A DNA stretch of 64,000 nucleotides from Planctomycetota bacterium (lineage in GTDB: Bacteria > Planctomycetota > UBA8108 > SXIK01). The notes below the pieces were generated by a model that searched no databases, was not told where the DNA came from, and saw only the letters and a program-made list of their open reading frames with translations. The position numbers and the translations under genes were made by a program. Positions 37,326 to 47,500 of this stretch are shown here, one piece after another (the stretch's first letter is position 1; each line of letters begins with the position of its first letter). The stretch is taken from contig CBDCXR010000004.1 of the NCBI GenBank assembly GCA_965223845.1, positions 5,696,001-5,760,000 on the forward strand. Direction: 5' to 3'.

Positions 37326-39353
37326 ATGGACCTCGCCTACACTCCCGGGAAACGCTCGCGGACCTACAACATCCTTCTCGTCGTCGTGGACGATTTGAGA
37401 GCGCGCCAACTCTCCGCCGGCGGCTATCGGCGGGAGACGACGCCGCTCCTCAGCGCACGCCTTCCGTCGGCAACGTATTTCCGAGGCTGCCACTCGCCGG
37501 TCGGCTGGACTCTTCCCGGGTGCGCATCGATCGTTACCGGGCAATACCCGGACGATCACGGCCTCTTCGATCACAACCAGAAGTTTCGCCAGCCGAAAAT
37601 CGGACACTATCTTTCCGAGTACTACCGCTTCGGCATCGGAAACAACGGGAACGTCGTCACCGACTCGATTCCGCGTGAGACGCTCGAGCGCCTCGGCTTC
37701 GAGCGCCGTCCGGCGAAATGGAAGTTCTTCGGCTGGGATGACGGTTTCGATCGGTACGAGTGGCACCCGCGCGAGGACGACGACCCTCCGTTCGAGTCCG
37801 CCTGCGCGTTTCTCGACGAGATGAACGGCGGCGGGACAGCGCGACGTCACGGCGCGCGCGAGGGACGCCCGTGGTTCTTTTTCTTCCACACGAACGTAGT
37901 CCACGACTACCACCTGGAGCGTCCGTACTACTTGGACGTCCGCCGCTGGGTGGATGACGACCTTCACCCCGGTCTCCGTTCATTCCGCGACGGGCCGGAG
38001 ATTTGGCGCGATCCGCCGGATGGTATCGACGAGGACGAACAGATTCGGCAGATCGTCGCGAAGTACGACGCCGGGATCTATCACGCCGACCGAAAGCTCG
38101 AGGCGATTTTCCGCCGCGTCGACTTCGACGACACGATCGTCGTCTTCGCGAGCGATCACGGCGAGGGCTTCGAGCCGAGCATCGGTCGCGTGCACCACTG
38201 CGGGCGGCTCCACGGCGATCTCACCCACGTTCCGCTCGCGATTTGGCTCCCGCCGGAGCTGCACGCGCGCTACGATCCGCCCGCGATCGAAGAGCGCGCT
38301 TGCTCGACGATCGACATCGTGCCGACGCTCCTCACGCTTCTCGGCGACCCGGTCGCCGGGCTCCCCGGGAAGTTCCTCTACGACCTCCCGCAGCACCGTA
38401 TGCTCGAAGGGCAAGACCGCGGCTACATCTACTGGAACGAAGACTGCGTACGGGAGAGCTACGACACGGCGCGCATTCACATCACGAGCGAGTTCACGTA
38501 TCCCATCAAGCACATTCGAACCCGAAAGAACGACACGACTCGCGAATCGGCTTACAACCTCGCCTACGATCCGGAAGAGCACGACAACCTCGCCGAGGCG
38601 CTTCCGGTACCGCTGCGCCGGAAGGAACCGATCTCGTTCGTCGTCGCCGTGAACGACGAGGAGGAGCTGCGAAACAACCTCCTCTTGAGCCCCGTGGCTC
38701 GCTCGCGCGATCACGAGTGGCTCTTCATCGACAATCCCGACAACTCGCGCTTCGATAGCATCTCCGCTCTCTACCAGCACGCGATGCGTCGGGCGGAGCA
38801 CGAGCTCGTCTTTTTCGTGCACCAGGACGTCTACCTGCCACCCGGTTGGGAAGAGCGCATGTTCCTCGCGCTTGAGGCGCTCGAGGACACCGATCCCGAG
38901 TGGGGAGTCGTCGGCGCCGTCGGAGCGCTGCCGCCCGACCCCGATCGCCCGAAGCAGCTCAAGGGCCGCTGGTGCGATCCGAGCGGGTACCACTACTACG
39001 GCCCGCTTCCCCACGAGGTCCAAAGCCTCGACGAGCAGTGGTTGGGAGTCAAAAAGTCGAGCGGAGTCGGTTTCGATCCGGCGCTTCCCGGATTCCACTG
39101 CTACGGCATGGATCTCTCGCTCACCGCGCGAGAGAAGGGGCTCAAGACCTACGCGCTAGACGCCTTCGTCTGGCACAAGTACCGCGACTCGAGCGGACAC
39201 CTCGTCTCGTGCCGCGACGACTCCGACAAGATCCGCCGGCGGTGGTCGGACGAATTCATGGCCGAGTTTCAACCCTCCGCGGATTACGTCGAGGAGAAAT
39301 GGCGGAAGTATCTCCCCTTCCAGACGACGTCTTGGAACTGGGACGCCGACTGA
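37326..39353 (+). CDS. Sulfatase/alkaline-phosphatase-fold domain fused to a GT2-like glycosyltransferase domain
   Basis: NILLVVVDDLRA, WTLPGCASIVTG, ASDHGE, THVPL, DIVPTLL, YNLAYDPEE. C-terminal FVHQDVYL, VQSLDE, GFHCYGMDL. Confidence 0.8.
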   Translation: MDLAYTPGKRSRTYNILLVVVDDLRARQLSAGGYRRETTPLLSARLPSATYFRGCHSPVGWTLPGCASIVTGQYPDDHGLFDHNQKFRQPKIGHYLSEYYRFGIGNNGNVVTDSIPRETLERLGFERRPAKWKFFGWDDGFDRYEWHPREDDDPPFESACAFLDEMNGGGTARRHGAREGRPWFFFFHTNVVHDYHLERPYYLDVRRWVDDDLHPGLRSFRDGPEIWRDPPDGIDEDEQIRQIVAKYDAGIYHADRKLEAIFRRVDFDDTIVVFASDHGEGFEPSIGRVHHCGRLHGDLTHVPLAIWLPPELHARYDPPAIEERACSTIDIVPTLLTLLGDPVAGLPGKFLYDLPQHRMLEGQDRGYIYWNEDCVRESYDTARIHITSEFTYPIKHIRTRKNDTTRESAYNLAYDPEEHDNLAEALPVPLRRKEPISFVVAVNDEEELRNNLLLSPVARSRDHEWLFIDNPDNSRFDSISALYQHAMRRAEHELVFFVHQDVYLPPGWEERMFLALEALEDTDPEWGVVGAVGALPPDPDRPKQLKGRWCDPSGYHYYGPLPHEVQSLDEQWLGVKKSSGVGFDPALPGFHCYGMDLSLTAREKGLKTYALDAFVWHKYRDSSGHLVSCRDDSDKIRRRWSDEFMAEFQPSADYVEEKWRKYLPFQTTSWNWDAD

Positions 39354-40201
39354 TCGGCGATCCCGTTTTCCTCATCGGCTGCGCTCGCTCCGGGACTTCG
39401 ATCTTCGGCGAGACGATCGCGGCGCATCCCCGCGTCGCGTATCTCTTCGAGGCGAGCAAGATTTGGAACACGCTCGTCCCCGACCGCCCGGACCATCGTC
39501 TGACCGCGGAAGACGCGAGCCCCGACGTCGCCGCGGCGATCTACCGCGCTCTCGGCGAGGCCCGCAATGATCTCGAGGGCGATGTCCTCGTCGAGAAGAA
39601 TCCGAAGCACGTCCTCCGGATACCGTTTCTCCGCGCGCTCTTTCCGCGCGGGCGATTTCTTCACATCGTTCGCGATGGCCGCGATGTCGTTTGCTCGCTC
39701 ATGTTTCGCAATCGCGGCTCCGAATGGGGGCATCTCGAAGTCCCCGGATGGCGGGAGATTCTCGCCGCACATCCCGACGCGAATCACATCCGCTGCGCGC
39801 TTCAGTGGAAGTCAGCGGTCGCGACAGCGAGAAGCGACGCGGCAGACCTTCCGAACGGAGCGTATCTGGATCTTCGGTACGAAGATCTCGTCACCGATCC
39901 GGCGTCGGCGATGGCGTCCGTGTGGCGCTTTCTCGGTATGGACCCGCCTTCGGACGCGGAGTCCGTCCTCGCTCGAATTCAAGACGAAACGAGGGGGAGC
40001 TACCACGCGCGGCGTCAAATCCGCCACTACGTCGAGAATCATGCGCGGCGGATCGGACGCTACCGAGAGAATCTAGACGATCGCCAGCTCGAAGACGTGC
40101 TCGGGGTGGCGGGCGAGCTTCTCGCGGAGCTCGGTTATGTTTCCTCGAGCGCACACCGCGACGAAACGGCGAAGAGCGCGAAGGACGGCGAGAAAGAGTA
40201 G
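39299..40201 (+). CDS. Sulfotransferase (PAPS-dependent); start uncertain (39299 or 39332)
   Basis: PVFLIGCARSGTS (5'-PSB loop), VEKNP, HIVRDGRDVVCS (3'-PB), LRYEDLVTDP. Confidence 0.88.
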   Translation: MAEVSPLPDDVLELGRRLIGDPVFLIGCARSGTSIFGETIAAHPRVAYLFEASKIWNTLVPDRPDHRLTAEDASPDVAAAIYRALGEARNDLEGDVLVEKNPKHVLRIPFLRALFPRGRFLHIVRDGRDVVCSLMFRNRGSEWGHLEVPGWREILAAHPDANHIRCALQWKSAVATARSDAADLPNGAYLDLRYEDLVTDPASAMASVWRFLGMDPPSDAESVLARIQDETRGSYHARRQIRHYVENHARRIGRYRENLDDRQLEDVLGVAGELLAELGYVSSSAHRDETAKSAKDGEKE

Positions 40202-40226
40202 TGAGAAGAGAGGAGCTCGTTCGTCG

Positions 40227-41621
40227 GTGACACCAATCGATCGGTTCAAACCCCGTTCCTCTCTCTCGATTCGCGGAGTGATCGCAGCCGTCGCGATCGC
40301 CATCGTGGGATCCGCGGGAACGGCCGGCGACCGTCCACTCGACGACGCGCTCGCGAGAGCCGCCGACATCGTGCGGGAGGAGTACCGACGAGACTACGCC
40401 AGTCGAGACCCCGCGGTACGCCGGCACCTCGCGAAGAAGCTCGTCGAGCGAGCCGAACGCAGCCGGCGAAGAGACGTCGAGAACTTCTTTCTCCTCGAGG
40501 AGGGAAGCCGACTGTTCGCGCAGAGTGGTGAGCTCGACTCGTCGCTCGACGCCGCAGAGAAGCTCGCTCGCGCTTTCCGGATCGACTCGTTCGACCTCAA
40601 GTGGGAGAACGTTCGCCATCTCGCGAACTTCGCGGGAAAGAGCGGCAAGAAGGAAGGGGCGATCATCGCCTACTACGAATCGCTCGCCGGTGAAGCCTGG
40701 ATGCGCCGGGGATCGAAAGACGGCCTCAATACGAACGCGGCCCTCGAGCGAGTGGCGAAACGGACACGAAACGCATTTCTCGCGAGTCGCGTCGCTGAGT
40801 GGAAGAGACGAACGCGGTCACTCCGTAGCGAGATCGACCGCGCGCACAAAGCGTGGAACCAACTCGCGGAGACACCGGACGATCCCTTCCTAGCCGCCGA
40901 GATCGGCGCGTTCCGCTGCTTTCACCTCGATGATTGGAAGCGCGGCCTCTCCGACCTCGCGAAGAGCCCGGAGCCGGGGATCAAACGGGCGGCGGTTCGC
41001 GATCTCGCAAGCCCGGACACTCCAGAGGACCAACTCGCCGTTGCTCTCGCTTGGGAAAAGGAGGCCGGACGGCGGAAAGACGCGAAGGCGAGCGCGCTCC
41101 TCGCGCGAGCGTGCGCGTGGTACGAGAAGGCTAGATCGGGACTCAGCGCCGCCGACCGCAATCAACTCGACGAGCGATTGGGCGCACCGCCCGCACGAGA
41201 CCTCGCTGACCTGGCCGTGTTCGACGTTGTCGTCGGTTGGGGAGAATACTGCCGCAATGGCTCCCTTCACACGGAAGGCCCGCTCACCATTCTCGGTTAC
41301 CACGATACAGAGGGCGTGCTCCTTCACCCGGACGAATCCGCCCCGTCCGTCGCGAAGTACCGATTGCACGGAGCGTACAGAAGATTCTCCGGCTGGGCGG
41401 GTCTTCCCGATCGCGGCGAAGCCTTTGCCGGTGCACTCAGCTTTTCGATCCACGGAGACGGACGAGAGCTCTGGCGCTCGAAGCGAGTCACGACGGCCCG
41501 AGAGTACCAGCCGTTCGCGGTTAGCGTGAAAGGCGTCGACGTGCTCGAGCTGCGCGTGGACTGCCACGGCGCGGAGGCCCATGCGATGGCGACCTGGGTG
41601 AAGTCGCGCTTCTCGCGCTAA
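40227..41621 (+). CDS. Secreted helical protein with C-terminal NPCBM/NEW2-like carbohydrate-binding domain
   Basis: Signal-like N-terminus. C-terminal VGWG...GVLLHP...YRRFSGWAG...FSIHGDGRELWRS...VSVKGVDVLELRV. AGGAG upstream. Confidence 0.7.
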   Translation: MTPIDRFKPRSSLSIRGVIAAVAIAIVGSAGTAGDRPLDDALARAADIVREEYRRDYASRDPAVRRHLAKKLVERAERSRRRDVENFFLLEEGSRLFAQSGELDSSLDAAEKLARAFRIDSFDLKWENVRHLANFAGKSGKKEGAIIAYYESLAGEAWMRRGSKDGLNTNAALERVAKRTRNAFLASRVAEWKRRTRSLRSEIDRAHKAWNQLAETPDDPFLAAEIGAFRCFHLDDWKRGLSDLAKSPEPGIKRAAVRDLASPDTPEDQLAVALAWEKEAGRRKDAKASALLARACAWYEKARSGLSAADRNQLDERLGAPPARDLADLAVFDVVVGWGEYCRNGSLHTEGPLTILGYHDTEGVLLHPDESAPSVAKYRLHGAYRRFSGWAGLPDRGEAFAGALSFSIHGDGRELWRSKRVTTAREYQPFAVSVKGVDVLELRVDCHGAEAHAMATWVKSRFSR

Positions 41622-41835
41622 AGCCGGGGACCGCCGCGGGATCGAAGACGCCCCGCTCGAGCCACAGCGCTCGAGAAAAGCCTCCATCACTTCGCCTATC
41701 CGCGAAAACTCGTACGAACTCCGTGCGGCGGCGCCATACAATGCGGGCAGTCAACTCGAGGGAAGTTGTCTAGCCGTCCTCATCGCCGGGAAGCGCGGTA
41801 CCGTCGACGCGTCCGGCCCAGCAGGAACTGCCGCC

Positions 41836-42672
41836 ATGCGCAACGTACTCGTCAGCATTGACCAAGTCCTCCGCGGCACCTTCACCCGGCGCGAGTCGCT
41901 CTCGCGCGGCGAGGTCGGAATCTCCTTCGGCGTCCTGCTCGGTTCGACGATCGCGCTCGGTGCGATCTACGGCCTATTCATGGGCCTCTACGGAATCCTT
42001 CGCACGCTGAATCCCACGCCGCTTCAGCTTCTGGCGTCGGTCGCGAAGATCCCGCTCCTCTTCATTCTCACCCTCGGCGTCACGTTCCCGTCGCTCTACG
42101 TTTTTTCGGCGCTCCTCGGAAGCCCTCTTCGATTCTCGCAGTGCCTTCGGCTTCTTCTCATCGGGATCGTCGTCAACCTCGCTCTCCTCGCGAGCTTCGG
42201 CCCGGTCGTCGGGTTTTTTACGCTCAGCACGGAGAGCTATCCGTTCATGGTGGTTCTCAACGTCGTCTTCTGCGGCGTCGCTGGAATCGCAGGCCTCATT
42301 TTCATGTACCGCGCACTCGACGCCGCGCTCGACTCGGCATTGCTCGAGAGCCGAGACTCTGCGGCCGAGCCCACCGAGTCGCCGGGAACCGTCGACCCGG
42401 ACGAGTCCTCCCCGAGTGAGGACGCCCCGGCGAAGAAGGAAGGCGGCGGAAGCTCGATCTACGCCGGCTTCGCGCCGGCTTCGCGGGACGGCCGGGGCCG
42501 CATTCTCTTCGCGATTTGGATGGTGATCTACGGCTGCGTCGGCGCACAGATGGGCTGGGTGCTTCGCCCCTTCATCGGGCATCCCAACATCGAGTTTTCG
42601 TTCTTCCGCGAGCGCACGTCGAACTTCTTCGAGGCGATCTTGATCGCGCTTCGCGAGCTCCTCACCTCATGA
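41836..42672 (+). CDS. Multi-pass membrane protein (Yip1-like), paralog A
   Basis: Five hydrophobic helices. KIPLL...TFPSLY, QMGWVLRPFIG. Confidence 0.7.
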   Translation: MRNVLVSIDQVLRGTFTRRESLSRGEVGISFGVLLGSTIALGAIYGLFMGLYGILRTLNPTPLQLLASVAKIPLLFILTLGVTFPSLYVFSALLGSPLRFSQCLRLLLIGIVVNLALLASFGPVVGFFTLSTESYPFMVVLNVVFCGVAGIAGLIFMYRALDAALDSALLESRDSAAEPTESPGTVDPDESSPSEDAPAKKEGGGSSIYAGFAPASRDGRGRILFAIWMVIYGCVGAQMGWVLRPFIGHPNIEFSFFRERTSNFFEAILIALRELLTS

Positions 42673-43334
42673 TCCAAGTCGTCGAAGATCTCCTCCGCTC
42701 GGATCGCCGATTCGCGCTTCGGGGAGACAAGGCGCCGCTCATCCTGCTCGCCTTGTGTGTTGCCATCGGCGGGGCGATCTACGGTGCCACGATGGGAGCT
42801 CACGGCGTGATCACCGCGCACGGCGCTCGTCCGCTCCAAGCGCTCTACTCGGCGATCAAGGTCCCTCTTCTCCTCGGGGTGACGACCTTTCTCTGCCTTC
42901 CGAGCTTCTTTGTCCTCAACACGCTCCTCGGGCTCCGTCGCGACTTTCGCCGCGCGCTGCAGGCAATCGTCTCCGGTCAAGCGGTGATGGGCGTCACCCT
43001 CGGAGCGCTCGCGCCGGTCACGATCGTCGCCTATCTCGCGATCGGCGAGTACGTGAACGCGACCATGTTCAACGGAGTGCAGTTCGCCATCGGGGCGTAC
43101 ACGGCGCAAGTCCTCGTCGGTCGTCACTACGGCGAGCTCGTGCGATCGAATCCACGTCATCGGATCGCACGACGAGCGTGGGGGATCCTCTACGTCCTCA
43201 TCGCCATCCAGGCCGCGTGGGTGCTCCGTCCGTTCGTCGGCGCCCCCGGTCTCGAGACCGGTTTCTTTCGCGAAGACGCGTGGACCAACGCGTACGTCCT
43301 CATCGGCGAACGAGTTCTGGATCTCCTCCGGTGA
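42669..43334 (+). CDS. Multi-pass membrane protein (Yip1-like), paralog B
   Basis: ATGA overlap with paralog A. KVPLL...CLPSFF, QAAWVLRPFVG...FFRE. Confidence 0.7.
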   Translation: MIQVVEDLLRSDRRFALRGDKAPLILLALCVAIGGAIYGATMGAHGVITAHGARPLQALYSAIKVPLLLGVTTFLCLPSFFVLNTLLGLRRDFRRALQAIVSGQAVMGVTLGALAPVTIVAYLAIGEYVNATMFNGVQFAIGAYTAQVLVGRHYGELVRSNPRHRIARRAWGILYVLIAIQAAWVLRPFVGAPGLETGFFREDAWTNAYVLIGERVLDLLR

Positions 43335-43553
43335 GCGCGCGGTCGGGCCGGAAGCCCCCGCCCGGAAGGGCCACCGGCGAAACCTGGGCCCCCTAACACT
43401 TCCCGCCCTCAGCGGAACGGCGGAGATGTCTGAGCGAACCGAGGCTTGCGCGCTTGCCGCGCCGAACCTGGTGCGCTATCGTCGTACCGGGTCATCCCCT
43501 CTCTAAAGAGCAGCGATTTGGGTGTCGCAATCATGGGCGAAAGGAGTATCGCT

Positions 43554-44381
43554 ATGCACAGAACGTCTCTGGGCGGACCTCTCCGGTTCGCTGTATGCCT
43601 CGCGGCTGCCGTGCTCGTGACGGCCGCCGTCCAGGCTCAGAACTCGATCGGCGTCAGCTTTTCGAGCGACCGGGGTTTTCCCGACTCCGCGCTCGCAGCC
43701 GACGACGTCGCCGGTGTCGTTCCCCAGTCGAACTGGAACGTGAACGACGGCGGAGCCGATGCGGCGGCCGCGGCGAGCGGAACGACTGCAGACATCACCG
43801 GGCCGAACGCGATGTCGCTCACGGACAGCACCGGCGCGGCGACCGGAGCGACGGTCGAGTGGGCGTCGAACGGTACGTGGAATACCACGAACGGAACCGC
43901 GACGGGCGATGCGAAGCTGATGAACGGCTACATCGACGCGATCGGCGCGGATTTCTTCTGCGACGTCACGATCGACAACATCCCCTACGAGAACTACAAC
44001 GTCATCGTCTACATCGGTTCGGACGGCAACGGTCGCACGGGCTGGGTGACGAACGGAGCGTCGACCTACTCGTACGCCACGTTCTCGAACGATCCGTCGG
44101 GTGGCGGTGGATTCACCGACGCCGACTACGTGCAGACGACGGACACGGGGAACGCTCACCCGAACGCCAACTATGCGACGTTCTTCGGTCAGTCGAGCAG
44201 CGTGACGATCGAGATCATCCGCGGGTCCAACAACTCGGGAATCCACGGAATTCAGATCGTCGAAGCGGACGGGCCGCCGTCGGTTCCGCTCTCGCCCTAT
44301 CCCTTCCTCGCCGTGTTCCTCCTCGGCGGGATCTGGGCGCTTCGCCGGAGATCGGTGAAGCTCGCGAGGAGCTCGGCCTAG
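43554..44381 (+). CDS. Secreted surface protein with PEP-CTERM/IPTL-like C-terminal sorting signal
   Basis: AAGGAG RBS. Signal peptide ending VQA-Q. G/T/N/D-rich body. C-terminus VPLSPYP-hydrophobic-LRRRS. Confidence 0.75.
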   Translation: MHRTSLGGPLRFAVCLAAAVLVTAAVQAQNSIGVSFSSDRGFPDSALAADDVAGVVPQSNWNVNDGGADAAAAASGTTADITGPNAMSLTDSTGAATGATVEWASNGTWNTTNGTATGDAKLMNGYIDAIGADFFCDVTIDNIPYENYNVIVYIGSDGNGRTGWVTNGASTYSYATFSNDPSGGGGFTDADYVQTTDTGNAHPNANYATFFGQSSSVTIEIIRGSNNSGIHGIQIVEADGPPSVPLSPYPFLAVFLLGGIWALRRRSVKLARSSA

Positions 44382-44423
44382 CTCAGGCTTGATCGCGCGC
44401 TCGACCGGCGCGCGGTCTAAGCG

Positions 44424-44464
44424 AAAGCCCGAGGATCGTGTGAAGCGATCCTCGGGCTTTTTTT
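44424..44464 (+). terminator. Rho-independent terminator (possibly bidirectional)
   Basis: aaagcccgaggatcg-tgtgaag-cgatcctcgggcttt followed by tttt, between convergent genes. Confidence 0.9.
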
Positions 44465-44520
44465 CGTCTCGGCGCCGGTGCCTCGCAACGGATGCGGCGA
44501 GAAGTTCCACCGCCCGCAAG

Positions 44521-47500
44521 TTACGGCTGCGTGAGCTCGACGGCGCCGCGATGATTCCCGGGATGAGATGACGTCGTCCCGTCGGGCCAACGAACGGTGA
44601 TCTTCTGGACCGCAGGCTGTCCGCCGAGGCCGAACGACACATCCGCACTCGACTGCGCGAGGTATCCTCCGCCCGCGTAGACCTCCGCCGAGCGCGTCGA
44701 GCCGCCCTCGAAGTGGACGGTCACTCGCGCACCCGTCGCGCGCAGGTTGCCGTCCCGACCCGCGAGGCGCACGGTGAGTCGCGGCGGACTCGCCGAGACG
44801 GACGACGCCTCGAACGCGACGAGTTCGCCGTTGTTGATTGCGACGACGAAGTCCACCGCGCCGTCCCGGTTGAGGTCGGTGCGAGTGAGGCTCCGCGCGT
44901 CCCCCGGGACGATCAGGCCACTCTCGCGCGGCCACACCGCCGCGAACGTTCCGTCCGCGCTGCCGCGGAGGAGAACGCTCATGCCGCTGTCGTACGGGCC
45001 CGTTTCGAATTGCGGCTGGAAGAAATTCTGCGCGCAGTAGAGATCGAGGTTCCCGTCGCCATCGAAATCGACGAACTCGATCCCGAAGACCGGCGAAAGC
45101 TGAACGAGAGAGGGCAAGGGACGAAACTCGAAGCGCCCTCCGCCGTCGTTCACGAACACTCCGCTCTCGAGCGTGTTCGCTTCGAACCGCCGGGCTTCGT
45201 CGAGACACTTCGGCTCGTAGATCTCCTCGAGGCCCGCGATGGCGAAATCATGGAAGGTCTTGAACTTGTCGCGAAGGTGCGGCATCGCCGCGCTCGAGCA
45301 ACTTCGCCCCCGGATGGGGAAAAGCGTCTCGTTCTCGAACTCCGCTTCGACGAGCCGCTTCGTTCCGTCGCCGGCGTAGTCGCCGTAGTAGAGGAGCACG
45401 GGCTTTTTCGCGGACGCGTGGTACTTGCTGTTGAGTCCCTGGTTTCCGACGGCGTAGTCGGTGTCACCATCCCCGTCGATGTCTCCGGCGGAGATGCTGT
45501 TCCACCAGCCGAGAACGTTGGCGACTCCGGTCTCGGGCGTCGCGTCGACGAGACGTCCCTCTTCGTTCCGGTAGAGCTTCACGGGTCCCCACTCGTGCGT
45601 GACGAGGAGATCGATCCAGCCGTCCGCATCGGCGTCCGACCACACCGCGCTCGTCACGAGCCCCGAGTGAGTCAGCTCGGGCACGACGTCCGGAGCGGCG
45701 TCGACGAAGCGCGGCGAGCCCGGAGTCGATTCGTTCCGGAGGAGATGGCTTCGACCCGACAGCGGATACTCTCCCGGTACGAGTCTCCCTCCGACGAAGA
45801 GATCGAGATCGCCGTCGCGATCGAAATCCGCGGCGCAGACGACGCTCGCCGAGTCGCGCGCGGGGGGCAGCGCCCCCTCCGGCGCCGGTACGAATCGCCC
45901 CGTGCCGTCATTGAGGTAGAGTCGATCGGCGAGCTGGGGTGAGTCCACCTCGTACTCGTAGCTTCCGCTCGCGACGTAGAGATCTTCATCGCCATCGCGA
46001 TCGGCGTCGAAAAAGAGCGCGCCCATGTCTTCCGCGTCGGCGTGGGCTTCGAACGCGGCGCGTGGCGCGACTCGGAATCGCGCGGCTCCGTCGGGCCCGG
46101 GGCCGTCCGCGACGAGCACGGCGCCCGCGCTTCCCCGCCCAGCTCCGATGAAGACGTCATCGTCTCCGTCGCGGTCGACATCCGCCCACGCGACCCCGGG
46201 TCCGAGCTGCGAGTACTTGTTCGGAAGTAGCGGCTGCCGCACAAAATCCTCGTACACCCGTTCGACGTGCCTCACGCCGCGTAGCGCTCGAGAACGAGCG
46301 AAGTGAGGCTTCGCTTCGCCCTCGCGCGGACGCCGCTTCGGTTTCGCGGCCCCCCCCGGCTCCGAAACGATGAAGGCGCGGTCGACCGGGAGATCGGTGA
46401 AGGTCTGCTCGGCGCCGCTCGGCCACTCGATGCGGAGCTCAGTAATCGTTTCTGCCGCGCCGAGCCCGAAGTGAACCTCGGGCTGGTTCGAGGAGAGATA
46501 GCCCGAAACGGGCACCTGCTCGGCAGCGTAGACACCCGAAGCCGTCTTCACGCGTACGTACGCTCCGACGCCCCAACGGTTCTGCGCGCGACCGCGAAGG
46601 CGAACAATCGCAGCGTGCGCGGCAGCGGTCGACTGGTTTCGATAGACGCTCACGGGCTCATCGAGGTTCACGACGACGAGATCGAGGTCCCCGTCGGCGT
46701 CGAGATCGCCGTGTGCCGCCGCGTAACTCATCCCGGTGTGATCGAGCCCCCAAGCCGCGCTCACATCGTCGAATCGCAGATCGCCTCGGTTTCGAAAGGC
46801 GATGTTCTGCTCGCGCTTCGCCGGCAGGTGTTCGTAGAGATCCCAGATGTTCCGGCCGATCAAGAGCTGCTCGCTGAAGGGGACGTCGGAGTTGTTGAAG
46901 TCGCGCGCCGCACCGTTCGAAACGAAGAGGTCGTTCCAGCCGTCGCCGTCGAAATCGCGCAGCTTCGCCGCCCAGGACCAGTCGGTGTTCGCGATGCCGG
47001 AATACACCGCAGACTCGAGAAAACGTCCGGTACCGGTATCGATGTAGAGTGCGTTTCGCATCACTTGGCGCGGCTGCGTCCGTTCGATGACTCGGCGGAA
47101 CTTTCCCATCTCGCCCATGCTCATCTTCGACTTGTAGTGGGTCGTCGCCGCCATATCGAGAACGACGAAGTCGAGCGCGCCGTCTCCGTTCACGTCGCCG
47201 ACGTCCGCCCCCATCGAGAACCACGGAGTGTGCGGAACGACGTTTGCGAGCACGTCGGTGAAACTCCCGTCGCCGTTGTTGCGGTAGAGCTGATCCGGAT
47301 CCGCGAAATCGTTCGCGACGTAGATGTCGGGCCAACCATCGCGGTCATAGTCCCACCACGTGGCTGACAGACCGTAGCCGTGAATCGAGACGCCCGCTTC
47401 TTTCGTTACATCAGTGAATCGCGGCACCCCGTCCGCCCCCGGGCCATCGTTCCTGAGCAGATAGTCCGGACGCGCGACCTCGTCGATCTCGTACTTCTGC

